35,428 nt of DNA. Origin: Callorhinchus milii (Eukaryota). The translations under genes were made by a program, and so were the position numbers. The notes under the pieces are model-generated. The model did no database searches and was not told where the DNA came from. It saw nothing but the letters and a program-made list of their open reading frames with translations. The stretch lies in NCBI RefSeq assembly GCF_018977255.1, contig NW_024705543.1:1-35428 (forward strand), read 5' to 3'. Positions 1 through 14,361 of the stretch are shown here, in pieces. Within the stretch, counting starts at the first letter, position 1, and every line of letters begins with the position of its first letter.

Positions 1-75
1 GTGTTTCAACAATTGTTGGTGTTCCTGTTCCTTCAACAAATAGTGTGGGAACAATAGTTGGTGCAATTTTGGACT
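1..75 (-). CDS. 5' linker of the next FN3 repeat exon (runs out of the window)
   Basis: tttccag| then (E)SKIAPTIVPTLFVEGTGTPTIVET in phase 1, a Thr/Pro-rich linker like the other units. Confidence 0.75.
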
Positions 76-213
76 CTGGAAAAGAAACATTGGAAATTAA
101 TGGTTAGAAAACAAACGTGAGCATCTCCTAATAGAACCTGATTATGTATGAAAGCAAATGTGTAATCAATACAATGTTTGCTTAATTCAGTGTAAAAGAT
201 TGTGTAAATGTAC

Positions 214-271
214 CTGTCGTAACCTGAGCAACCAGTGGCTTAGAGGGCTTTTTCTTTCTGTAGCCAATCAA
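214..271 (-). CDS. 3' end of a further FN3 repeat exon (truncated by the N gap)
   Basis: LIGYRKKKPSKPLVAQVTTG|gtac, the same terminus as the other repeat exons. Confidence 0.85.
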
Positions 272-301
272 NNNNNNNNNNNNNNNNNNNNNNNNNNNNN
301 N
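272..301. other. Assembly gap (30 N)
   Basis: Run of 30 n characters. Confidence 0.99.
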
Positions 302-3300
302 ATACACTGTGTAACGAACAAAGATACGGCTAGTTAGGTTTTTCTGGCGATGATCGGAGTCCGCAATAGGCTCAGCATTTAGCAATAGTCCGGGTATGAT
401 GTCAGAGGTTGTTCCGCATCTGAATTTGAAAAAAGGGACTGAGTTCGGGGTCTAAACGAGACCGACTTCACTTAGGCTTCTAGTCCTCCTTCCGATTTCC
501 GAAACTGCCAACATCTGCGTTGTTCGTGTGTGGTAAAGTGTGTAGAATCCCCATAAGTAGGCGTTCCATCGACATCATTGATAATTCGTATAATAGTTGA
601 AATATGTGGTAGGGATGAAGTCGTCACGGGAACGGATGGCTCAAGGCAGTTTTTCGGCGAATAACGATCAGGGACCGGGCCAAATTATGGCCGTCCTCTT
701 GCCCTACAAGAAGTAAAGAGTTCCCTGTGGAGCGGCAAGTTTACTGATTGGTAGTGCAAAACACCTCGGTTTCGCTTCAAGGGGGCGCTGGTGGTACCAA
801 CTCTGTGATTGTATTATTCTCTTGCGCCCTCGAACCTAAGTAGGCCTCTGCCTTAAATGATAATTGCGGGCCACCTCAAGATCCCGCCGCATAAATATTT
901 TGAACGATAGTTTGGATTAGTCTCCCCTAGAGATTAAACACGCGGACACGAGAGACGAGGGGAGGGATACGGCTCCACGTCGTTATCTTTGCGATTTAAT
1001 TGGATGCATTCAGCCGTCGAGTAGAAATAATTAGATTGCAGATAGCAGTATAATCCCTTTAGTGTCCATCTCACTCTGTTGCCCTGTATCTTTAACTGTA
1101 ACTGCGCGGCGTGGCTAGGAGCACTGTATGCAGATCGTCGATCTGGACAAATAGGAACGCGACACTCAGGTAGACTCATGTTGCGCATTACTAACGGGGT
1201 AAGACCTAACATGGATTCCTAGATACAGAGTATATTATGCCGAGTCTGTAACACTAGATGAAGCTATACTTACTAATCAATGCGGACACCTGATGGGCCA
1301 CAAGGCTGACGCAGTTAGATGAAACAGACACAGTGGTCTACTTGAAGTTGGAGTGTTAAGGATCCATCGTCCATAAACAAGGTTTGCTCCATACAGATCA
1401 GACGAAGAGCTCAATTGTAACGAGACGGATGGTTGGGGATGACGAACGTGGGGGTATAAGAGCCCGCTAAGCTTCACGCCATATAGATGTTTCCCTGACG
1501 CACGCATAAGAGCCTTATCTGAAGTATGTAGAGTAAAACTACGCAGTGGATAGAGACTCAGTCATTGTCCAGACGGACTTAACAGTAGCCCTCTGACGGC
1601 CAGAAGACCTCTACACTGAGTCCCATTGAATTTCGGCAGATACGGTGTTCGTCTCATCTTTGCATTTGTAATGAGTGGCCCCGGGACTGATAAGGGTATG
1701 AGTACGTCTAGGATCGAGAGTGCAGCGCTCGTCTGGCATGCACGCTGCGACAAGTACTTAGTTACATGGCACGAAACCAGTTTGACCCTGGCTGAGTGGT
1801 CGGGTTATAGAGAACTGGATTGGAACAACACTGAGTCGATGAGAGTCGTAATCACGGTGACGCAACAGATACAGGTCGAGACGTTCCAGGACTGGTTCGT
1901 CCTCCGCCTAATTCCATAGCTAATATAGAGACGGTAAATTTGCATACAATTTAGCACGCATTGCCCCAACTTCAGCCGCTTTCTAGTTTAGGTTGCCAAA
2001 TCTTGCCCTAACCATGCCCGCATTAAGTCAAAGCCTTACTACGCTACCCCGTGCTGCTCAAGGCCCCATAGGCCAAACACTCAACACCAAGGGGCCTGGG
2101 CGGACTCAATCAGACGTAGCCCGGAGTAGCCGTAGGTGGACCGAACTCCGGGCCAGCGACTTTTCTAGCCTTCCGTGGAGGGTCCGTCGACTGTTAGGCG
2201 CGTACTGCCAAGAACTATGGAATGTATCGTTAATGGCACGCTAATCTTTAGGTACCACTATCTAACAATACAAGGACAACTGAGCTGGAAAGGTTTTTCA
2301 CAGCTGCGGGATGCCACGAGTTAAGAGAAGAGACACTTCAGCTCTATGTTGGATGCGTTAAATGGACGGTCCCTGCTAAGGGCAGACTCGACAAAAACTC
2401 CAACTCCCTGGAGAGCCTTAGATACGTAGTGCGATCTAAACCAATCTTGCAAGATCTAAGGTCACTATTAGAGAATCTAACAAGCGAGCTAACTATACAT
2501 CAGAAGATCTCAGTACAGACTTATGTTCGGAGATCCTATGTATGGACAGATGTTGAGCGGAACGTCGCCTCGCCGTGCAGGAATAAGCCTAAGTGCACAA
2601 TACTTCGTTGAGCTACGTTCATACGTACCATGCGCGGAGTCGATGGGATAGAGGATCAAAATAATTTCTCCAGCCCAGCCGTGTTAAATGTCTATGGCAT
2701 ACGCTCCTATGCTCGGCTCGTCACTGGATCAGGTGACCCTCGTCAAAGACCTCATGATTCAATCATTCAAGTATCTGCTTTCACCATTACTTAGCCATAT
2801 GAGGGAACATAAGCCAATCATTGATGATGAGAAGATGCCTAAGAGACCCGTCAGCGACCGTGGAAACGGGCCCGTGGCGGTCTCTCAAGGACCTCTCGAG
2901 AAAAAATGCATTTTCATCACGCATTTTTTCAAGGGAGGTCCCGAGAGATTCACGTCCGATGAGGGTCTAAGATCCCCGGTGCCGCTGGCCGAGAAAGACG
3001 TCGAGCAGTTCTGCAAGACCCACCTGACAGACCATGGTCTCAGAACGCACCCAGCATGCCAGTGCCTTGCCCCTTTAAGGATTGTCTCTTAAGTCATTTG
3101 GCGTCCGGTTATGATACGTAATGCTTCTCCCCCATGCGAGTCAGAGTCTAGACGCCCTTTTGAAGACAATTATGGTTGACCGTCATGTTCCAGTAAAGGA
3201 TCTTCTAATTAAATGTTACGAATGGAAGGATTCTCGAAGGTTAGTTAGCTGTTAGCGCACCTCAACGAGCGATAGGTAATTTCGAGCTCTAGAGAGTGAC

Positions 3301-6300
3301 TTAGCCCGATAAGGCCGACGTTTCCTCAGAGCATCTCCTGTATCTCGCAGCATGACGCACTGACTGCGTCGAAGGGAAAACTCAAATTTTCAGTCCAGCA
3401 CTTGATCCTCTAGTCTCATAATCTACCGTAGACCTCATAGTACAATCGCTGTGATTAGACGGGTTATGACCCACAATGTCGCAGATTCGTTGCTCCTCCT
3501 AGCCGGGCCCTGCAGGCACATTCCGGCCCAATGCCCTGACCGGAGGTACCCATCAACCAGCTAGACGTTGCATGGCGGCATGCGCCGGCAGAATGAATTG
3601 CTATCAAAAGACGAAGGTACTACTCGTTTATAGCTGGCAAATCTGGGTTGTGGTGTCGCGGGTCCATTGAGACGCGCCGACGGTCAGACTCCTCCCCTTC
3701 GGTAATTGCGCGTGTTATCCATTTGACCGCAAATTACTTCATCCCTTACACCCCCTGTAAAACATGGGGCAGGCGCAGCTGTCTAACAGAACCGGGCATA
3801 CTTTGAGCTCTCGACTTTAAGATCCTTAATGGGTCAGCCGCATGCGTTAGGATGGCACGAATATCTACTGTGCTGAGACCGCCTGTGGTGTTAACTGTGG
3901 CTTCATTTGCCTTTTAAGTCAAAACGCAATTCTCGAGCATTGACTGTCAGTACAAGTTTGACGCCATGTCATAAAAACACTCCGCCACTAGTTATGGCGA
4001 CCAACACCCGGAGAACCCAAAGAAGGGATTACACAGTCATCGCAGGTCAAGCTAACTTCCCCAAAGGGCGGATTCGGCAATCTTCCGAGGTCGTCGACAT
4101 GGGCAGCCGCTATTTGCCAGTCGTGCCTAAAAAAAGCATTACATCTCAGGTGCGAATTGTCGCCTACCTCCTGACTCTTTCGACAGCGCTTCGGGTGCTG
4201 GCGCTTTCACAATACCTATAATCTCGTGTGGTCCATGTGGCCCCCTAGTTTGCCCAGCCTTGGGAGGTCGCGCCGCATGAGTTTACATCCAGGCTTCCGC
4301 TTCTAAGCAATTGATGCTTCATAGCAGCAGGGCTACATATATCGCCTTATGAGTAAACCTGGTCGAAGGCAACCCGTTGACCAGTGAGGTTGGCCGGATT
4401 CGAAAAGCATTTGATGGCCCGAAAACTCATTAGTCCAAGAGATTTATTAGAAACGTGTTCCATTACTATGCATAAACGAGGGAGGACAGGGTATACACAT
4501 CGTTCACACTTCCGTCTAAAACGATACCACCTTCAGCGGAAACAAGCAGCAATGTACGTCCTCTTCCAACGCCGTCCAGTATCCTGTAAGATTCTCACTA
4601 GCAGTGGCTGTTGTTCTACACACTAAAGACTCAAGATCTTGTGGGACGCATCTTTCGCGTATCGGAAAGTGGGTCCCCCCTGTAACGCGATTACGGCTGC
4701 CGAGTCCATATTGTGCGTCGGCAGCATAAACCAGCTTAAGCACATCTGAGATTTGTGAGGGTTGAATCTCGTTATCTCCGACACAGGCCCGCTTGAGGGA
4801 CGGTTTGCGCAGTGATGGAACAGCAGCCTCAATCATGCGTTTACTACTGAGATCTATTGTTTCTGCCAAGTTATATTCTGTTGATCAACGTCGTAGGTGA
4901 CCCGTGTACCTCCCGAATAGTACTGGCTTACAGACATAGTGAGTCTTTCGTCACTTTCATGGCACCGTAGGCTCACATACTAAGCTCCGCCCCAGGCGGC
5001 CGGCAGCGGCTGTCCAGTCAGTCACCGCGGATTGATGAGCCCACCTGATTAGCGCCGGGATTACCGTTCGGACCGGACGCGGGAGCATACGATTCGTCAA
5101 GCCCGTGGGAGACCTAATGTGACAACCCCCAAACTTAGCGACTTCGTCCGATCGAATCAAGGCCGGACGGAGTCCAGCCCACTCGAGGAGTCGGTACCAC
5201 CACCCAAGGATATTGCCTGTAACAGGTGGAAGCCATAGCCTTGCATGCCTCAAATTTCAACTCCATTGAGGTGACACTGATATGTCGTCCACGGGCCGAA
5301 ACCTTTTCGCAGTCAAATGAGATAGGGGCGGATAACCGCAGAGTGTGGGTAGTGTCTCGAATAAGTGGAACAAGTTCTGACTTCGGACAGTCATGGTGGC
5401 TGGGCGTCGGAGGTTGTGTTCCCACGTATGTGATATCGGGATTTCGCGCTAGCAAAGTTCCTTCTGTCTACTGGTACAAGGAAGTGCACCCTCATGTCAA
5501 TTCCTTGAAACTGATGTGCCCCAAATATTAACACAGCGCACCCGTCAAATCTCTGGCCGTAAAATATGCGGAAGGCGGCTTCCTAAGGGAATCACCAGAT
5601 GCCTAAGGATTCCTAAACTTTTGGTGCTCCTTGCCGGAGTACGGGGAACGTGTGTTTGCACGTGTAAAAGTCTCCGGAAGGATACGGACGGGCATACCAC
5701 AAGGATTGTAAGGGGTTGATCCTGTTAACCGAGAGTGTGCGGAAGCTGCCGAGTCGTGGTGCGAGAAAAGTTTGCCCTTCACGTCGCCCATATCAGACTA
5801 TGATAAACGTACTGTAGTATTGCTGTAAGTTTATATCCGAAAGAACAACAGCGAAAATCTGTTGATTTTTGATTGGCTTCGGAGCTCCGCGTTACTCGGT
5901 CAATATCCTGGACGTTTCCTACCAATAGTTCTGAGTCACGGTACTTGGTCTTTATTAGGCACGTTTAGTGGAGTGCACTTCAGCGTTAGGAGGGACCATA
6001 GTCTTCTCCACTCATCGGGCTCCTCCGCTATTTAGTTGCATATTGATAAGCGCAACGACCTCTTGTTGAGCACGATGATTACAAACCGACACGTATGGTC
6101 CGGTGTCGGCTACAATCACGGCCCTAGGCTCAGCGTGTACATGGCCTCTAGCTTTGGGTCGCGGGCACTAAATGTAAATACGTGCTGCATTAGAGAGTCC
6201 TCCCCAGTGCGAATCCATGGACCATGACCGAGCCTCTGTCTCGCGAGCGGCCTAATAGGGCTAACACCAAACGAGTCACATTTTTCACTTGGTACAGCAC

Positions 6301-9300
6301 CATCATGACAGGGCGAGCAAATGGATCCAACATAGACATGCTGTGTCGGGCCTTGTATGCATTCTTGACGCTCCCAGCCCATGAGGATCTGTCCGTCCAG
6401 TGCCACACAGAAGCGGCCGGCGCCTGCGAGTGTTAAACATCGCGAACTTCTGGTCCGAAGTAACGCATTAAAACGTGATCTCGGCATCAATATTGCGCAA
6501 ATTAATGGCGGGGAGAGACTATGGAGTCTCCCACCCTATGTCGCCGGAAAATGGTCAAGGCGCTTCAGACATCGGCCTGTAAAGAAGAAATCCATTTAAG
6601 TCTGACGCCCAGGCCTCTGAGAGAAAGGTACGAACTGCTAGTGAATTAATTAGGACGGTACGGATATGGGAGAAATGTAGGGCGGATGCAAAGCTCAATA
6701 CCAACTTTTCCTTTAGCGTGGAGTAGATCATATAGGACGGGCCTTAGAGAAGCGAAGAGCTGAGTAAGGATTAAGCCTCTAATGGTCAGTTTGGCAAGCG
6801 CATGTAATTCTAATTAGAGGAAACCGAACGACTTTTAGAATGTGTGTCCTGTGCTGTTGAGCTCTGCAATGCCTTGGTCGAGGGCCTTGGTTATCTCTAC
6901 ACGGTGCGACACGATGGGTGACATAAGCTCCAATGAGTCGTGAAACAGTCTCACATCTATCGAAGATTCGCTAGCGTAGAAACGACGTTTGCACAGATAC
7001 AAAGATCAAGACGTCAGTACCATAGTCCTTGCATGTGCGTCAAGTAAGGAGCAGCTGGCAGAAGTTAGATGATAATCACGAGAACCGCAACGATTCCCTC
7101 ACCTTTGGCAACTCGGGACTCCACTCATGTAATACGTGCTATTACGTTTGCAGCCAGATACTATTCACATCCAACACTCAAGACCGTATGTACTTCGACC
7201 ACAATTACAATTGAACGATGCTGACGTCTCCCTAAGGTTAGTGGTCTAGTCAGGTTACCGCTCGTCTTTTGTATTGACACCCAAATTGTATCCTGGTGTC
7301 ATTCGGCCAGTGCGTTGCAGTGGTTTCTACTCCAAAGAGGGTATAGGAAGGGAGCAAGTGGCATTCTGTCAACGTTCGTACTGGTCGAGTAGCTTCTCAG
7401 CACTTACTGGCGTTGCTATCGCGCCTAGCTGCAAAATCGACAGTGTCTCTCGCCCATTACCTTCGGGCTTAGTGCTACCCAACTTTACTTGCGCACTACC
7501 TCCCGGCGATACAGGATGGCTCGGCCCTAGGCTGAACCTTCATACTGGGAAAGAATATGCTAAAAGCGTAGGCTTGGGCTTTACCTACGCTCTACTCTGG
7601 ACTGGACCACTTGCCGCCCGACGTAAGACTCTTATGTTAGGCGTACAACAACCTCGGACTAGTCGCGACTTGCCGCTATGGCAAGACACGAATGCAGAAC
7701 CGAGCAGGCGTTACTATAATATAGTAGTCGGGATAACGTTCCCGCGTAATTATGACGGGTCGCTCCACTCTAATATGATTGTATCCATCTCAGAGAAACC
7801 AATGACTCTAACTTAAAATCTAACTATACAACCCTGATAGGCAAACTCCAATGCAACCGGTTATTACACGTAGGAAAGTTTCGCGTCGAAGCGTGCGGCA
7901 GACCTTAGTAGTACTTGGGCGAGTAGTTAAGTTCAGTAGAGCTACGTCATGCTATGAAGGATGCATAAACCTGTTAAAAAAAGTCTAACGGCACAAAGCA
8001 TTGTACAGAGTGCTTTGTACATGTCGGACAATCGTATGGTCATGTGGACGCGGATCAAAATTTACGCGCAACGATCGACCGGGCCCGAGCAGAGCCGCAT
8101 TGCCGCAACATTTCCTGCTAAATTGGTTAGGATACTCCAAGCCGTAGCAAAATTAAAAACGAAACCTAGTCTCGTAGGGTTCCTCTAACGCTCCCAACAG
8201 GGCACTGGCGTGAGGGAATTAGAAGAACACTAATGAGACTCTATTTTACACCCAATATGGACCAACTTTAGGGTTCTGAGCGGTGCAACATAAGGAACAC
8301 AAATGCAGGGCCTTACGAATTTGGTCCGGTAGGGCACTGCTCCCCAGATTAAGGAAAGTTGAATGTGGTAATATCTCAGCAAGCCTGAAATGGGAGCTAC
8401 GCGTAAAATTGCGACAGGGCAAGAGAGCAAAGTATGTCAGCTCAGGTTGCACGAAGGGTGTGGCCAAGAGGTAGCCATGAGCGAGGTTGCTCCACTCCCT
8501 CAAGGGCAATTACGTAACATACCCTAGTTTGCCTGTTCACTACGAGTTGTAGATGTTCCGGGGACAATGGCGGGTAGATTTTGGCCGGCCTTTATCTCCT
8601 ACCAATGCGGCTAAGAGCCTCCCTCACACTAGTGGGGCTTAGCACTGGGAGTGGTAGGCTAGCCCCCGACTGAGGCGATGAAATTAACCTCTGTCGAGTA
8701 CGCGCGTGCGGAGCCGGGACTTCCTATACAGCATCAAGGCGCTGACACACTTCCCTCCTTTGGTCGCCATATCACGCGCTATCAGCGCATAAAAATTAGA
8801 CTCTAGTTTAAGATTTTCAGTGATGAAGTTTCTTGGGATACAACGGCACCGATGAGAATGAGTTTACTGACTCAGCGCCGTGACAGTTCGATCACCTTAG
8901 ATAAATAGCTTTTATGAAGCAAATTAGGGGAGAAAAGCAAGATAGGCTATTTTGGAGTAGGAACGGGATAAGCTACGCGGCCGAACATGCTTGGTCAATA
9001 AATCATGGTTTCATGCCACCTCAGGCGTACTTTACGAATTAAAGGTATATGGTAAGAACCTAGCTAAGTCGTAATGCACTCTTAGCAATAATCTCGGAGA
9101 TTAACTTTACGGAGATTTGTGCATATCACCAGGGGCCGGGCTAGTCGTAGAATTGACTCTGTATAAAAACAATTGTATTGGTCGACAGTATCAAATTGCA
9201 TTTCGTAACATGGTGACATTACTAACCCATCGGCAGTCGCGCATTTATTCTTTGAAATCGAGCGATTGGATGTATTCTAAGATCGCGGTGCTGTGGATTT

Positions 9301-12300
9301 GATGCTAATCGATCTGATCCGAGCGTTTGAACCTGGGCCAACCCTGTCTTTCTCGGCTCAAGAGTTTATTCGCTGTTTCTGATAGACGCGGTTTCTTATG
9401 CGCTCTATAGGCTGGAGTCCTGGGATACTGTTCCGTTAGTAAGAAGATCTAGGGACTGCATACCAATTCCTGGATTTGCTATTGTCTCCATCCCTTTAAA
9501 GGCAAAGGTGTGCTCGCAGAGGACTAACATAGACGTACCCCACCTTTCTTTGTCGCCGGAATTACATTCCTAACTCTAACTAGTAGTTACCTACGCTAAA
9601 TGCATGTCACGAGGCGAAGAAGGCAAAGACAGGTCGAGGGTAGACAGGCTACATCTCATGTGGCTGCCTTACCTGATTCCGATGGTAGGATCTCGGAGAA
9701 TGACCGTGTATTCATGTAACTTTGGGGTGACCATAGAATACGGTTCACTCAGTGGAACGGTGAGGCGCGAATGGATGGACTTGAACACGAGTACTTTATG
9801 CGTCGACCGAAGAAGTCCCGCAGATCGGCTATCTGAATACAATGGGGGAAACTGATGGATCCCAATTTCCGATCACTTTGCTACACTTTTAAAACCCTAG
9901 TTAATACCACTTATTCTATGCCGCGCATGTTGGACAACGGCCGATTTTCCAAGCCATCTCGATGTGTCAGGTTCTATTAGACCAAGGTCTTGCCAGGGTC
10001 TATATAAGGCAACCACGCGCGCGGTTAGAGGTCGCCTTCGACGAGGGCTCTCATTGACATTCGTGACGAGTGGAGAACAGTAACGAAAAACTAGAAAGAT
10101 GGCCTCGTATGGCTTCTAGTTCACGGCCTATGACCGGCTTCGAGCCTAGTCTGAGGAAGCCCTGGCAGAGGCCCGTGAATTAATGGGTTTAGATTCAGAT
10201 TCCAACAGCAGTCGGCGCTCGCCAACAATGGGATGGGTTTTAGTACGCGAACGGAAAATCACCGCAAAAGTTATAGAGTGTTCAAGGACTGACAAATCCC
10301 CACTTAAGAACCTCCTAAGTTACTCTTCGAAACCTAAGTTTGTGCCGACTTCCTTCCACCCACTAAGAAGCCACAGTAACACAAAGTCTGTCTTAGAGAT
10401 GAAGGTACGGATTTTTCGTGCAACGCAGATGGGTAAGGCTAGCTTCACACGATCGTACGACCTTGGGTAACGTTAAACTAGGCATCATACTACGCTGAAT
10501 ACTCACTAAATCAGCGGATCTCAGGTAGCTCCCGTCCGGCAACCTTCCATCCATTCCCCTGTTCAGGTATATTGCTATGTTTGCAGCATAGGAACGAGCA
10601 TGAGATTGAACCAACAGTCGCAAGTGTTGACTACTTGACCGCGTATTTCCAACCTAACGGGGCCGGGGCAATCGGATACACAACCAGGGCCTGGACGTAA
10701 TAGACGTAGCACGCGGAGCAACCGTTTCTTGTCGGGGGGAACGACATGCCAATCTCCAATAGATGCTCCCGCTACCATGATAGCCTAATGACGATGAGGT
10801 CGGCCATATCCCCTAGTTTTATAGCCTTTAGCTTGACATTGGCACGTGACGCCGTCAAGCTTGCTGGTGCGATTGAGCTGAATCGAGCTCTAATTCATAA
10901 AGGGTCGCGCATTGTGGCTAGTAATTGTACTAATGATAATGAAAGCTAAAGACCCAAGCAACTATAGGAATAAAGGGATCCAAATAGTGCCCGGGATCTA
11001 GAGCTTCTAGTCTACCTACTCCACTGCAGAGCTATAGCCTCCTTATCACGGTTCACGGCGCTTAGTAAGGCGCGTGAGTATGGTATTAGGGAATACCTGA
11101 GTAACATCTCATCCAGCACACTCTAACTTTATAGATACGGTCGGGTCGCTGGGTTATAAAAAAAGCTCTAAAGGCTCCTAGCAGGCGGGCACCCGTTCAA
11201 GAGTTTCTCCGAACGTTGGACGGGTTAGCCCAGGTGAATATCGACTATTTACTACATGGGTACTTGTGCTCCCATGTGGCTGAGTGGACGACTTGCGGAC
11301 CAAATTTCAGCCTGCAACGAAGGGCAGTAAAGCCTGTGTAAGCTTTTGGCGGCGTACACCTAAAAAACTGACCCGGTGAATCCGATTTATAGACCAAATT
11401 GTGTCTTCATAACGTGAACCGGTAGTCGAACGAGGAGTCTAGACCCGCCTCCTAACTAGCACAGATAGCGCGAGTGACAGTTCATCGTTTACGGAGTGTC
11501 TATACTAGTGGGTCGGTATCCTTCATGCTCGGTTGGATCAGATACCTGGTATCCTCTCGCAAGCGCGGTGAAAGAGACGATGGCCGCTGTAACAAGCCAT
11601 TAGCCTATTTCTGAGGCGCAACGTGGGCTCTTCTGGTATAGGAGATCATCCGCACCGCGTTAGACGGTAAAGTGTCCTTTCCTCAGCTGGGATACCACGC
11701 ATAGTAAGGCACTTAGAGTCCCATCAGACTAACCCTTATACTGAAGCTGGTTCAGTACTGATTAGAACATAACGCACGTTAGTGGAAGTGTCCTACTCCT
11801 CTAGGTAGCTAGGCCTCAGCTGCCCGGTCGAAGAATGGAATCAGAATTATGATCAATCCCTTTTCCCGGGTTTGCCGCAGACACAGCCGGTACATAAGTC
11901 GTCTCATGTCGTCTGGAAATCACGATAAACGTAGACGCCTGCTAAGGGCCCTTCAACGGTATCATGGATCCATCACTACATATGCCTCACACTCACCCAA
12001 TTACTATAGTCTCCCATCCCCACTAAATGGTTGAGCACGGCAGACCAGAATATCGGACGTTGAGAAGCTCCCTGGAAAGGTAAAAGGTCGTAGTCATTCT
12101 AATACGGAGAAGCTTAAGAAAATGAGTAGCCATCACTGTTAAGGTGGAGATCGCTCCCACCCTTGCCGAGAGGAGCTCGGTTTCATTCATGGTTCGATCG
12201 AGGTGTCTCTCAACCGAGCTGAGCACATCCAAAACTTTCCTACGATGCTGTTATCCAAGTCTAGTGTTATATGCGGTACCCATGACGGGTCCCGGGAATA

Positions 12301-12525
12301 GATTGAGACAAGAGAATCACATCAAGCCGCGTTCAGTTCGGCACGACGCGACCAATGTAGAGGCAAGGTGTTGCCTTACCGCCGGTGGGATCATACCGTG
12401 AAGGTAGTGCAAAATCTTGGGCTCACGCCCCTACTGTACGTTACACTTCGCCTTTACTCACAGCTTAGACATTCATATAAATACGGTCAATGCGTGGGAT
12501 CAGTCGTCGGTCCCTTTATGCTCTA
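302..12525. other. Featureless random-like block, compositionally unlike the flanks (right boundary approximate)
   Basis: By eye: near-even base usage, abundant CpG/TpA/CTAG, no long homopolymers or microsatellites, no host repeats and no FN3 exons. The longest ORF is 180 aa and unrecognisable. Confidence 0.8.
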
Positions 12526-12545
12526 TTTGTGGGAAAACATAGTAC

Positions 12546-12941
12546 CTGTGATAAATGTAGCAATTAATGGGTTAGAAACATTTCCTCCTTTGGAACCAAT
12601 AAGTTGTAAAATATATTGAGTGTTGTCTTCCAAGTTCATGAATTCAACTGTAGATTCATTACCAGGCACCATCTTTTCTAATGTTCTTTAGTCTCCTCAG
12701 CCGGCTTGCATTGCACAAGGAAATAGTCAAAAATGTTGGATCTACCACCCATAACACTTTAATGCTGTAGGATGTGATGTCATATATATTAATTCATCGG
12801 CAGAATCAATTGGGACTCCAAAAACGGATGTGACCGAATTTTCATTGGTGGCAGTTGCATTGTAGAACTAGACATTTCATAAGCGACAGTTGGTTTTTGT
12901 GTTTCTCAAATGTTTTTTCAAACGCTATCGCGTTTGCAGAT
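12546..12941 (-). CDS. Linker+FN3 repeat exon V14 (frameshifted)
   Basis: The reverse complement gives FGVPIDSADELI, ITSYSIKV and VPGNESTVEFMNLEDNTQYILQLIGSKGGNVSNPLIATFITG|gtac. Acceptor ttttcag. Confidence 0.8.
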
Positions 12942-13048
12942 CTGAAAATAGATTAAAATACTCATATTTTATATGTTTAGTGAAGACATTTTTCGTCATG
13001 AAATTTGAAAATATGAATGCACTCATAATTGAAGACGAAATAATTTAC

Positions 13049-13448
13049 CTGTGGTAACTTTAACTTGTAGTGGTTTTGATAATATTCCTTTTCTCGAGCC
13101 AATGAGAATAACAAAATACTCTGTGTTTCCTCTTAAGCCTGTCAACTCCACAGATATGACATCTCCAGGAAAGATTTCTTTAAATGGTTTCAGATAAATA
13201 TCCATGGATTGAACTTCCAAAACAAAATGATCAAAGATTGCAGTCTACCACCCATGACACTTTAAAGCTTATGGGCGTGATGTCAGATATGACAAGCTCA
13301 TCGGCAGAATCAATTGGAAACCCCAGACACTGATGCCACTGATCATTCCTTGATGGTAGGTGAATAGTAGTTCCACTTGTTTCAATGATGGTTGAAGTTT
13401 GTGTTCCTTTATCTAACACTGTGGTTACAGTTGCCAACAATTTGTGCT
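13049..13448 (-). CDS. Linker+FN3 repeat exon V13 (frameshifted)
   Basis: ORFs 13231..13440 (…DSADELVISDITPISFKVSWVVD) and 13023..13220 (…NTEYFVILIGSRKGILSKPLQVKVTTG|gtaa). Confidence 0.85.
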
Positions 13449-13853
13449 CTGCAAAAACAAAACATTAATTTCCAAAATGTTGTATGTATATTCACCATTA
13501 TAATAACATTGCAGCTTATTGATAAAATAATAGCATAGGCATTTCAAACGGGGTAAAATAGTTAACGATGTTCGAATAGATACAAATATTACATGGTTAG
13601 ATAATTTAGTAGATTATCTGCATTAAGACTGAATTACAATTCAGAAACAACTGCATGAGAAAATTACTTTCTTACGACGAATGCAATTACAAGTGATATT
13701 TGTCACCCAACGGCATTAAGACGTGTTTAAAAATACATCTATCTATTTATTTGGTAACAAGAGCATACAGCTTTGGAGCACGTGAATGGAATTGGTGTTT
13801 TGTTCCAGAAAAGAATACCTAAGATACATTTAAAGTACAGGAATAAAGATCAC

Positions 13854-14242
13854 CTGTTATAACCTTTGTTTTCAGTGGCTTTGAGTATTTCTTCAGTCTT
13901 GAACCTAAGAGAGTGACTTCATATCAGTGTTTTCAGTCAACCCTGAAATATCTATTGAGGTGATATGGCCAGCAAGAAACGTTCTAATGGGGGTTCAGAG
14001 CTGTCAGTGGGCTTGTATCTCACAAGAAAGCGGTCAAAGACGTTTGGATCGACCACCCATGACACTTTCATGCTGTCAGGTGTGATTCGGTTATGAGGAG
14101 TTCATTGGCAGAATCAATTGGAACCCCAGACTCTGAGGTAAACTGAAATGCCTATTGGAAGAGCACGTGTCGTGCTTTCAGGCACTTCAATGACACTTGG
14201 TATTTCTGATGTTTGACAAGCAGTTCTGTAGATATTCTAAAG
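13854..14242 (-). CDS. Linker+FN3 repeat exon V12 (frameshifted)
   Basis: The reverse complement gives SESGVPIDSANELLI, PDSMKVSWVVDPNVFDRFLVRYKPTDSSEPPLE and VTLLGSRLKKYSKPLKTKVITG|gtga. Confidence 0.8.
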
Positions 14243-14361
14243 CTGCAAAACAAACTTAATTAAATCATGATGCACAATACAGCACTGGAATATGAACATA
14301 AATGTTAGATAATTGTCACAAAATAAATGTTCAATATTTGCAATGTGCCATTGTCTATTAC

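Noticed and set aside
7274..7816. 180-aa ORF and the other ORFs in 302-12525
   Set aside because: No recognisable domain, codon bias, splice or operon structure. The lengths are what random ~50% GC sequence yields.
302..12525. Endogenous virus, horizontally acquired island or hidden novel system
   Set aside because: No long ORFs, polymerase/integrase motifs, terminal repeats, TSD or repeat arrays were seen. I cannot support any biological content here.
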